NCBI GenBank assembly: GCA_963731665.1
Contig: CAVSWP010000008.1
Coordinates: forward strand, 807,678-871,677
Source: an uncultured Acidimicrobiales bacterium
GTDB taxonomy: Bacteria > Actinomycetota > Acidimicrobiia > Acidimicrobiales > UBA8190
Length of the DNA stretch: 64,000 nucleotides
Reading direction: 5' to 3'
Within the stretch, counting starts at the first letter, position 1, and each line of letters opens with the position of its first letter. The translations under genes and the position numbers were made by a program. Below, in pieces: positions 9,357 to 17,012 of this stretch. The notes under the pieces are model-generated. The model ran no database searches. It had not been told where the DNA came from and saw only the letters and a program-made list of their open reading frames with translations.

Positions 9357-9670
9357 GGCCGCCCCGGTCCTGTTCATGTGGAGGTGTCCACCCCGCCGGC
9401 CAGCGCTGTCCCGCCAGCGTGGCCCGACGCGGGACCACTAGAGAGCGCATGGGCCCGGGCTGGGAGTCGATCAGTAGGCGCGTGATCGCTCGAGACGGCG
9501 GTCAGTGCCAACTACGGCGTCCGGGGTGCGCGGGAGTCGCCGACACGGTCGACCACCTCGTCAGTAGAGCTACGGCGCGGAGGCAGGGCTGGGCTGACGG
9601 TGACATCAACGCCGAGTTCAACCTTGTCGCGGCCTGTCGGCACTGCAACGCGAGCAAGGGGAGCCGATGA
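9353..9670 (+). CDS. HNH endonuclease
   Basis: DGGQCQLRRPGCAGVADTVDHLV ... NLVAACRHCNASKG (HNH motif). Confidence 0.85.
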   Translation: MRPPRSCSCGGVHPAGQRCPASVARRGTTRERMGPGWESISRRVIARDGGQCQLRRPGCAGVADTVDHLVSRATARRQGWADGDINAEFNLVAACRHCNASKGSR

Positions 9671-9788
9671 CAGTGAGTGGTCGGATACGCACCGGGGGAG
9701 GGCAAAATGGGGGAAAGCCCAGGTCAGGACCCCCAACAGGCTCCCCAGCACCTGCGCGGGTTTCGGCCGTTTCAGGAGGGGGTTGGCG

Positions 9789-10313
9789 ATGACCAACACC
9801 CGCGGGCCGTTGCCAAAGGCATCGTCCCGGCGCTCACGGGCACGCCAGGCGACCGGTACAGAGGTGGTCTTCGCCCATGCGGTCACGCGTCACCCCACGC
9901 CAGCACCGGAAGCACCAGCCGACCTCGGTGGGCCTGGGATGGTCGTCTGGTCGGACGCCTGGGCGCTCCCCTGGACCGCTGCGGCTGACCGTGGGGCGAT
10001 CCTCAACCTCTGTCGGCTCGAGGACGAACGGGCACTCCTTGCCGCCGCCGTGGAGAGCCACGGCGCCGTGCTCGAGAAGGTCCTGACGAGTGCCAGAGGT
10101 GACGTCGTCGGGACCGAGCTCTACCCGAACCCTGCACACCGGGAGTTACGGCGCATCGACGCCGCTCTCCTGGCGCTACGTGACCGGCTGGGGTTGAGTC
10201 CGCTCTACAGGGCTCGCCTCGGTCTCGCCTTGGTCGAACTGGAGAAGCAGGAGAGCGCCGCCGTTGTCCGCCTGCGGACCTTGTACCGGTCCTATGGGGA
10301 GGAGGGCCAGTGA
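9789..10313 (+). CDS. terminase small subunit (P27-like)
   Basis: Positioned between HNH and TerL. N-terminal basic segment, then ...YPNPAHRELRRIDAALLALRDRLGLSPLYRARL, typical of P27-family TerS. AGGAGGGGG lies upstream of the ATG. Confidence 0.6.
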   Translation: MTNTRGPLPKASSRRSRARQATGTEVVFAHAVTRHPTPAPEAPADLGGPGMVVWSDAWALPWTAAADRGAILNLCRLEDERALLAAAVESHGAVLEKVLTSARGDVVGTELYPNPAHRELRRIDAALLALRDRLGLSPLYRARLGLALVELEKQESAAVVRLRTLYRSYGEEGQ

Positions 10314-11866
10314 ACGCCGTCCGCTCCATTCCCGATACCGTGCCGCCCCCGGATCGCACCCTCGGCTGGGCCGTTCTCGATTGGACCGCCGCGTGGCTGT
10401 TGCAACCGGACGGCCCCACGGCCGGCGAGCCGTGGGAGTTCACCCGGGAGCAGGCGCGCTGGGTCTTGAGGTGGTACCGGATCGACGCCAGGGGGCGCTT
10501 CGCCTATCGGCGGGGCACGCTGAGGCGCTGTAAGGGTTGGGGCAAGAATCCCGTTTTAGACATCGTGGCCGCTGTGGAGTTGTGCGGACCGTGCCGGTTC
10601 GACGGCTGGGACGGCACAGGCCACCCCGTGGTCATCCCTCACCCCGCGCCGTGGATTCAGATCGCCGCCGTCTCCCAGGACCAGACCAAAAACTCCATGA
10701 CGCTGTTTCCGGCGCTGTTCTCTGACGCCGCCGTCAAAGAGTTTGACATCGACATTGGGAAGACAGTCGTTTATGCCCGCAACGGTGCCGGTCAGATCGA
10801 GTCGGTCACCAGCTCGCCTCGCGCGCTCGAGGGCAAGCGCCCCTCGTTGGTCGTGCTCGACGAGTCCCAGCACTGGCTCCCGTCGAATGACGGGTGGGAG
10901 ATGGCTGAGTCCATTCGCCGCAACGCGGCCAAGGCCCGAGAGGGGGCTGCCCGCACCCTTGAGATAACCAACGCGCATCTCCCCGGTGAGGGTTCGGTGG
11001 CAGAGGCCACGTTTGAGACGTGGAGGGCGGCCGGGGGGGCGGTACCGGGACTCCTATACGACAGCCTCGAGGCGCCACCAGTCGTGGACCTTAGTGACCT
11101 CGACGCGCTTCGCGAGGCCCTGACCTTGGCGCGGGGCGACTCCACCTGGCTGGACATTGACCGGCTGGTGGCTGAGATCCAGGACCCGACCACGCCCGCG
11201 TCGACGGCGCGGAGGTTCTATCTAAATCAGGTCGTGGCCAGCGGTGCGGAGCAGTGGATCGACGCCGCGTTATGGGACGACCTCGCGCGCCCAGATCGTG
11301 AGGTCCCCGACGGCGCGCCCATAATCGCCGCGTTTGATGGGTCTTTCAATAACGATTCCACGGCCGTCGTCGGCATTCTCGTTGCTGAAACGCCCCACGT
11401 TTTCGTCATCGGACACTGGCAGCCCGCGGTGCCCGGTGATGAGGTGGACATCCTCGACGTTGAGGAAGCTCTGCGCCAGGCGGCACGGCGTTACAAGGTG
11501 TTGGAGCTGTGCGCGGATCCGTTTCGTTGGGCGAGAAGCTTGCAAATCTTGTTCGACGACGGCGTCCCGGTGTGCAACTTCCCGCAAAATGCGACCCGCA
11601 TGTCGCCAGCCACCGCTCGCTTCGCCGCCACCGTGGCCACAAGAGGCCTCACACACTCCGGCGACGTGAACCTTAGGACTCACGTTCTAAACGCCGTGGT
11701 GGTGAGCGATACCCGCGGCCGGCGCATCGTCAAGGACTCAAAGAAATCACCGCGCAGGATCGACCTCGCCGTCGCCGCGCTCATGGGCCTGGACAGATTC
11801 GCACAAGGTGAAGACCCGCAGAGGGAACTACTACGGCAACGGAATAGGAGAGCAAATGTCGGCTGA
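10310..11866 (+). CDS. terminase large subunit
   Basis: 518-aa ORF with an ATPase Walker B-like SLVVLDESQHW and a C-terminal nuclease half (AAFDGSFNNDSTAVV ... DLAVAALM). Gene order is HNH-TerS-TerL. Confidence 0.8.
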   Translation: MNAVRSIPDTVPPPDRTLGWAVLDWTAAWLLQPDGPTAGEPWEFTREQARWVLRWYRIDARGRFAYRRGTLRRCKGWGKNPVLDIVAAVELCGPCRFDGWDGTGHPVVIPHPAPWIQIAAVSQDQTKNSMTLFPALFSDAAVKEFDIDIGKTVVYARNGAGQIESVTSSPRALEGKRPSLVVLDESQHWLPSNDGWEMAESIRRNAAKAREGAARTLEITNAHLPGEGSVAEATFETWRAAGGAVPGLLYDSLEAPPVVDLSDLDALREALTLARGDSTWLDIDRLVAEIQDPTTPASTARRFYLNQVVASGAEQWIDAALWDDLARPDREVPDGAPIIAAFDGSFNNDSTAVVGILVAETPHVFVIGHWQPAVPGDEVDILDVEEALRQAARRYKVLELCADPFRWARSLQILFDDGVPVCNFPQNATRMSPATARFAATVATRGLTHSGDVNLRTHVLNAVVVSDTRGRRIVKDSKKSPRRIDLAVAALMGLDRFAQGEDPQRELLRQRNRRANVG

Positions 11867-12056
11867 ATACGACGCCAAAAGCGGTGCGGTACAAAAGAAG
11901 CGCCGCGGACCGATGTATATCAACTTGAACGCCGATATCGACGCCGAGTTTGCCCGGTACGAGGGGACCGAAGCGACGCCGACGGAGGAGCGCTGGGTAA
12001 CCGAGCCGGTCCCCGTGGCTTGGCTCGAGGAACTACTCAATCGCCCCCGTGACTGA
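11856..12056 (+). CDS. hypothetical protein
   Basis: 66-aa ORF after GGAATAGGAG. No motif recognised. Confidence 0.4.
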   Translation: MSAEYDAKSGAVQKKRRGPMYINLNADIDAEFARYEGTEATPTEERWVTEPVPVAWLEELLNRPRD

Positions 12057-12342
12057 GATACCTCACGACTGGTGGTACGCGTCAGGCGTCGACGTCGTCG
12101 GCGCCACCAGCCTGCTGCCAGCCGACGAGTTGCGCGACCTGGTGGCGAATCTGAGGAGCTCCATCGGGCGCCTACCTTCTCGAGACGACGACGACGTGGC
12201 CGTGTTGCGTGCCGGATTCCTCGCGCTCGCCGAGTGTGTCGCGAATGACACCGACCCTACCGAGGCCGCGAGGGATTATGACGCCGCCGTGATCCGGGCG
12301 ATCGCCGATCGCAGGGCCAAGCGGCGCGCCCGGACGGTCTGA
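12049..12342 (+). CDS. hypothetical protein
   Basis: 97-aa ORF that overlaps its neighbour (operon-like). Confidence 0.45.
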   Translation: MTEIPHDWWYASGVDVVGATSLLPADELRDLVANLRSSIGRLPSRDDDDVAVLRAGFLALAECVANDTDPTEAARDYDAAVIRAIADRRAKRRARTV

Positions 12343-12344
12343 CC

Positions 12345-12788
12345 ATGCTTGAGTGGAGGCGACCGCCTGACTTCGCCCGCGTTGGCGAGGAGACCGTCAT
12401 CGTGCACGACTCGGGCGCGATTACCGTCCCGGCCCACATTGCCCATGAGTGGGCCAAAGTTTTGCGGCCGGCCATGAAAGACGCCGAGGACGCCGGCAGG
12501 CACGTGTTCACCGAGGCGGCCTGGGACGCCGCCGGGGCACTCGCCGCGTGCGCTCTGCGCTTCGAGGACCTAAGCGCGTCAACCACTCCGGTAGACGGCC
12601 CTTCCGATGGGCGGTTGACATCTGACACGGTGAGAACCGTGGAGATCACAATCGCCGAATATGCCAAACGCACGGGCCGAGCTCGTCAGAGCGTCTGGCG
12701 CAGCGTCGCCAAGCGCAAGTCCCTGCCCGGCAGGTTCGACCCCGACCGCGGCCTGTACGTGGTCACAGTGCCAGAGGACGTGGCATGA
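12345..12788 (+). CDS. hypothetical protein with a possible C-terminal HTH
   Basis: 147-aa ORF. The segment ITIAEYAKRTGRARQSVWRSVAKRKSL looks like a helix-turn-helix. Confidence 0.45.
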   Translation: MLEWRRPPDFARVGEETVIVHDSGAITVPAHIAHEWAKVLRPAMKDAEDAGRHVFTEAAWDAAGALAACALRFEDLSASTTPVDGPSDGRLTSDTVRTVEITIAEYAKRTGRARQSVWRSVAKRKSLPGRFDPDRGLYVVTVPEDVA

Positions 12789-12955
12789 CCGACAAGGTCC
12801 ACAAACTGACCGTGGAGCAACGGCTGGACCGCCTGGAGGAGCTTGTCGTCGGCGTCGCCTTCGGGCTTGCTCAGGCGAGCGGCGCTGCCTGTGTTTACCC
12901 GGTCCGAGAGCCGCTCATAGCCGTCCGGGAAGACATCGAGGCTCGCAATGCCTGA
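12785..12955 (+). CDS. small hypothetical protein (56 aa, below the track cut-off)
   Basis: Read directly from the DNA. The ATG overlaps the previous stop (ATGA), and its stop overlaps the next start at 12948. No internal stops. Confidence 0.3.
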   Translation: MTDKVHKLTVEQRLDRLEELVVGVAFGLAQASGAACVYPVREPLIAVREDIEARNA

Positions 12956-13442
12956 CGAAGCCGACGACATTCTCAGGCGGATTCAAGCGCTCGAGGGCGG
13001 CCGACGATTCCCCTCTCTGCCGCGAGACGACGCGTGGCCGGCGGTGAACCATCACCCCGGACCTCCCCGACCAGAAACGGACTGGGAGAAGCGACAGCGG
13101 CAGATTCGCGAGCGGGAACAGGCCGTCAGGGACGCATACAAGGCCGATTGCGACGCCCGGGAGGCTGCCAACCTCGCCGAGTGGAACGCTCGACGCGACG
13201 CCCAAGCCTCTGAACGCGGCATGGCAAGGAGTCGGCTGGCGGCGGTGGTCAACGAGATTCGGGCCATAGAGGAAGCGCTGCAACCCAAAGTGGCCGAGAA
13301 GCGGCGACTCCTAGAAGTCATTCATCGTTTCGATGACGCCAAGATGCCGAAGGTGGAGCATCCACCGCCGCCGCGCCCAGGTTCGCCGCTCGACGGCAGG
13401 GGCGGCTATTTGACGCCGTACGGAGTCGACCGAGCGCAGTGA
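12948..13442 (+). CDS. hypothetical coiled-coil protein
   Basis: 164-aa ORF with charged heptad-like composition. Confidence 0.45.
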   Translation: MPDEADDILRRIQALEGGRRFPSLPRDDAWPAVNHHPGPPRPETDWEKRQRQIREREQAVRDAYKADCDAREAANLAEWNARRDAQASERGMARSRLAAVVNEIRAIEEALQPKVAEKRRLLEVIHRFDDAKMPKVEHPPPPRPGSPLDGRGGYLTPYGVDRAQ

Positions 13443-13457
13443 TAAAGGACGAAGACA

Positions 13458-13802
13458 ATGAGCGATGAGGTTCCCGAGCCCAGGTATGTCTGGCTTTACA
13501 GGGTCAACTACAACCGACAGCCCTCCTACGAAGAGATGTGCGTCGAGCACGAACACCTTGGTCAGCGGGCGCAGGACCTATTTGCCCAGGGGCTTGACTC
13601 TGAGAAACGGGGTGACAGTCGCACGCACCTCGCCGCTCTGAGGTCCGAGTATGACGCCTTGTTCGCTGACCTCAAGGAGAGCAAGCGCTACCTCGAGGCC
13701 TACAACGAACGGTGGGCAGAACAGCGGGGCCAGTACATCAAAGAACGCGACCGCCGGTGGCGGCGAATGCTGATTGCCGCCTACGGCCATGCCCCAAGTT
13801 GA
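13458..13802 (+). CDS. hypothetical protein
   Basis: 114-aa ORF after AAAGGACGAAG. Confidence 0.45.
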   Translation: MSDEVPEPRYVWLYRVNYNRQPSYEEMCVEHEHLGQRAQDLFAQGLDSEKRGDSRTHLAALRSEYDALFADLKESKRYLEAYNERWAEQRGQYIKERDRRWRRMLIAAYGHAPS

Positions 13803-14337
13803 ACCGCCGCGTCCGCTCGAGGTGGCGAGTTTCCACGAAGGGGGACATGCGGTTCTCGGGCACCGCCTCGGTTATGCCGTTCGCAGCCTTACGTTGCGCC
13901 CGCCGCAGACATCGTTCGCGAAGCCTATTGAAGACCCCATGGCCGACCTTGCCGTCAGTGTTGCCGGTCGCTGCGCCGAGCTAATCGCGTTCCCGGAGCT
14001 GGGCGACCGGCCCAACCCGAACCGCGACGACCTGGCGTGGACTGACGCTGACGCCTGGCGCTGCACCGCCGACCTCGGCGCTATGGGCGCACTGATCGCG
14101 GACGTCACGGTGCGTGTGACCGAGTGGCTCATAACAGATTGGCGTCTCGTGGAGCGCATTGCTTACGCGCTGCTCATGGCCCGGCCCGAACGTCTCAACG
14201 CCGATGACATCCGTCGGCTTGTTCCTTGTCGGCGCGTACCCGCGAGGGCTTTCTTACCTTTCACCTCGCGGGACGTGTCGTCAGGAGCGGTGGGCGGCCC
14301 GGGGCAGTCTCGACCCCGGGCCGCCCAGGTGGCGTAA
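13789..14337 (+). CDS. stand-alone FtsH-like (M41) zinc metallopeptidase domain protein
   Basis: SFHEGGHAVLGHRLGY (HEXXH), VAGRCAELIAF (compare FtsH GGRAAEELIF) and a C-terminal helical region resembling the M41 domain. No AAA+ module. Confidence 0.55.
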   Translation: MPQVEPPRPLEVASFHEGGHAVLGHRLGYAVRSLTLRPPQTSFAKPIEDPMADLAVSVAGRCAELIAFPELGDRPNPNRDDLAWTDADAWRCTADLGAMGALIADVTVRVTEWLITDWRLVERIAYALLMARPERLNADDIRRLVPCRRVPARAFLPFTSRDVSSGAVGGPGQSRPRAAQVA

Positions 14338-14418
14338 ACCGATGGCAAGGGCACTCGCCGAGGACTTCGCCGGGTTTATCGGGTCAGGCCCAGCCCTCGT
14401 CGGGGCCGGAAGCAGGGC

Positions 14419-15075
14419 GTGGCTGTCGTGAGGAAAGCCATGGGACTGAAGGACGTATGCGGGATACGTTGGGTCGATGGAGGCCTTAGACCCGTGACCC
14501 TCTTGGCGGTCGTCGAGAGTGGCCCTGTGATGCTCATGGCGGCCGATAGCCAGGAGCTTCACGATAACTACGAGGCGGGCTTCAGGGTCACGGTCGACAA
14601 GCTGGTTCAAATGGGCGACGAGAAGATCGTTTGGGGCTACTGGGGCCACACCGAGGCTGGGGCCAAGTTCGCCCACCGATTGGCCCAGGAATCCTTTGGC
14701 GACTGGGACGCCCTCGACGCGTGGGTAAGCCCGCAGAGGCTTGCTCTCAACGGCGAACACACTCCATTCGGAGTGCTGGTCGCTGGCTGGCTCGGGGGGG
14801 TTCGGAGGGCGATGGCATACGGTGACGGCGTTCTCTCGGGGACCGACTTCATGTTTTGCGGGAACGGGTGCCTTGTCGGCCAGGTGGCGTGGGAGGTGAC
14901 AACGGGACTCGACGTCCCCCTGGACGAGCGTTTCAAGCTGGTCATGACAAAGACCATCGAGGGTGGCCAACCGACCCTCGGCTTCCCCCTCAACATGTGG
15001 GAGATCACGGAGCATGAGCGGCCGAGGCGTATCCGAGGAACAGACCAGCCCAAGCACGTCAGCCTCGGCGGCTAG
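14419..15075 (+). CDS. proteasome-beta / HslV-like Ntn-hydrolase fold protein (tentative)
   Basis: RPV-TLLAVVESGPVMLMAADSQ mirrors the proteasome beta pattern G-TTIVAV..GVVLAADSR (Thr1, Asp17). VDKLVQMGDEKIVWGYWG places a Lys near position 33-35. Confidence 0.4.
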   Translation: MAVVRKAMGLKDVCGIRWVDGGLRPVTLLAVVESGPVMLMAADSQELHDNYEAGFRVTVDKLVQMGDEKIVWGYWGHTEAGAKFAHRLAQESFGDWDALDAWVSPQRLALNGEHTPFGVLVAGWLGGVRRAMAYGDGVLSGTDFMFCGNGCLVGQVAWEVTTGLDVPLDERFKLVMTKTIEGGQPTLGFPLNMWEITEHERPRRIRGTDQPKHVSLGG

Positions 15076-15135
15076 GGAGGCTTTGCTCATCTAGGCTTTC
15101 TTCGATGGCGTCCGGCCTCGTGGCTCCGTAAGTCC

Positions 15136-15621
15136 GTGCATGAGCGCCGAGGATTCGGAATCGCACTCAGCACCACACTTGTTGGCGTTGGATTTGGAGC
15201 CTTTCTCGCCTACTACATCGCTATGGCAGCTTTGGCCCCGAGCCGCCGCGGCGATTATGGGTGGGTACCGGTTCTGGCTCTTGCCATGGTGGGTGTGGCC
15301 TTTGCCGTGGGCGTGGCGGTCTTCGTCAGCCTTTACAGAGAGTCAACCCGACGGCGTGCTCTGGGAGCATTCGCCAAGCGTGGGCGCGAGCTGGGAGTGA
15401 ACTACCAAAATCAGGTCGGTGAACGCCAAGCGGTCCAGGATTGGATAGACGAAACGAGGACCTGGCTGGACACGAACCTCCCCGACTATGCTGAACTTTT
15501 CTCAACCCCGGTTCTTGGCCGAATGCCCCCACAGGACCTCAATAACGTCGTCAGTGATGAGGTTCGAGCTGTGATCCTCAGTCACTTGCAGCGGCTAGCA
15601 GAAATCATGATCAAGCTATGA
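15136..15621 (+). CDS. membrane protein (2 TM helices + cytoplasmic domain)
   Basis: Two hydrophobic helices (LSTTLVGVGFGAFLAYYIAMAAL and VPVLALAMVGVAFAVGVAVFVSL). Confidence 0.5.
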   Translation: MHERRGFGIALSTTLVGVGFGAFLAYYIAMAALAPSRRGDYGWVPVLALAMVGVAFAVGVAVFVSLYRESTRRRALGAFAKRGRELGVNYQNQVGERQAVQDWIDETRTWLDTNLPDYAELFSTPVLGRMPPQDLNNVVSDEVRAVILSHLQRLAEIMIKL

Positions 15622-15694
15622 CTTTCCTAGACCAAGTTATCCGGCTCGCCACGCATATCCGCGCTTTGCTCCCCGGTACTGCCCAGGATGCAAC

Positions 15695-16150
15695 CTAGAG
15701 GGGCAGCCTGACAGCGTTGATCTCCTCGATGGCATCGTCGACAAGCTCGAGAATGGATTGCAGTGCCGCCTCGTCGATGGGGAAAGCCTCCACGGGGCCG
15801 CGGCCTCGGTCCTTCCGAACCCAGCGAAAGGGACGCTGGGCGTTGCCGATCGTGGCCGGTCGAGCGTGCAAGATGTCGTTGCGAGGCCCCGCAAGCCGGG
15901 TTAGCCACTTAGCGCAGGCGGCCAGGAAGGCTTGTGCACGCGCGTCGGAAACACCCGCGAGGTGCTGACGGATCTCGGCACCGAGCCCTCCTGTGGTGCG
16001 CCATGCCAGGTTGTCGATAGACAATTCAGGAGGGAGGCCCGGTAGGCGCGCAAGGTCGCCTAGGAGTCCACCTTCGATGTAGCTGATGGCATAAGCCGCT
16101 CGGCCGATCTGAAGGACGAAATCGTCCTCGGGGAATGGGACTCGGGACAT
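15695..16150 (-). CDS. hypothetical protein (attR-proximal, opposite strand)
   Basis: 151-aa ORF with good coding character. No motif recognised. Confidence 0.45.
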   Translation of the reverse strand: MSRVPFPEDDFVLQIGRAAYAISYIEGGLLGDLARLPGLPPELSIDNLAWRTTGGLGAEIRQHLAGVSDARAQAFLAACAKWLTRLAGPRNDILHARPATIGNAQRPFRWVRKDRGRGPVEAFPIDEAALQSILELVDDAIEEINAVRLPL

Positions 16151-16180
16151 GGCCGCACAGGTTAGCCAGGAGCATCTTCA

Positions 16181-16200
16181 TCCCAACTATGTCCCAACTA
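16181..16200 (+). promoter_or_regulatory. two TCCCAACTA repeats; candidate integrase arm-type sites (right arm)
   Basis: TCCCAACTA occurs at 16181-16189 and 16192-16200, matching the pair at 3953-3972. Confidence 0.4.
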
Positions 16201-16303
16201 TCGCCGCGGTTTCGTCGTGCTCGACTCCCACAACTGTCGGCATTTCCCCTGGTCAGCGATGTGATACGCGCTTTGACACTCCCCCACTCGCCTACCTGGT
16301 AGT

Positions 16304-16331
16304 ACCCCGCCTACAGGCCGACTCACCGTCA
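16304..16331. repeat. attR core (displaced original rnpB 3' end)
   Basis: Identical 28-mer to 3904-3931. Confidence 0.8.
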
Positions 16332-17012
16332 CGAATCACTCTGAGCAGGAACTTCACACCAGGTAGCGGTTCGTCTGACACAGATCTGACACACGAGCCA
16401 GCGTGGAGATATCCCCGTGCGACTCGCCTCGGCCCCCGCGCGTGTCGTGGGACGACAAACGTGAGCGGCCCGAAGCAGTCAGAGACCGAAGGCGCCCGGC
16501 TTGTAGCTACCGCATTTCGGATTGGTACAGGCGACCTCGGGGGGACGAGGGAGTCGACCCTCCTCTTCGACGCGAACATCAACGTTATCCACTCGGGCCG
16601 GGGACCCTCACCGCTTACATCGTCCGTTGGGTTTCACTTGAAGTTCACCTCCTTGATTCCCAAGGTATGCGCCATTTCGGCGGGTCCGACGGACCCCTGT
16701 TCCAGAGCGAGTGGGAGTACCGGGAGCAAGTCCCGAGCCTTCAATGCTCGTGTCGAAATCTAAGGTGTTTCAAATCGAACCGGAGAACGATCGGGCGCAA
16801 ATATCGGACGGTCCAGGACACGTCGAGCCCGCGGCTGTGATCCGGCATGTGCGAGCAGTCCGAGGCCATCACTGGACATCCGATAGCGGATGCGCTACGC
16901 AACGGCCAACCGTGATGGCCCCATGGGGTTGTCCTGTACCCGGCAGGGATCGGATGGTCACCATTAGGAAATCACTCAGAGAAAGGGCGGTGGTACCGAT
17001 CGGGTTGTGTCG

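Noticed and set aside
16149-16763. 204-aa plus-strand ORF crossing attR into the gap before the STAND gene. There is also a 37-aa minus-strand mini-ORF at 16479-16592 (VDNVDVRVEEEGRLPRPPEVACTNPKCGSYKPGAFGL).
   Set aside because: The long ORF reads through the att core and has no coding character. The mini-ORF looks protein-like but is too short to support without conservation or expression data.
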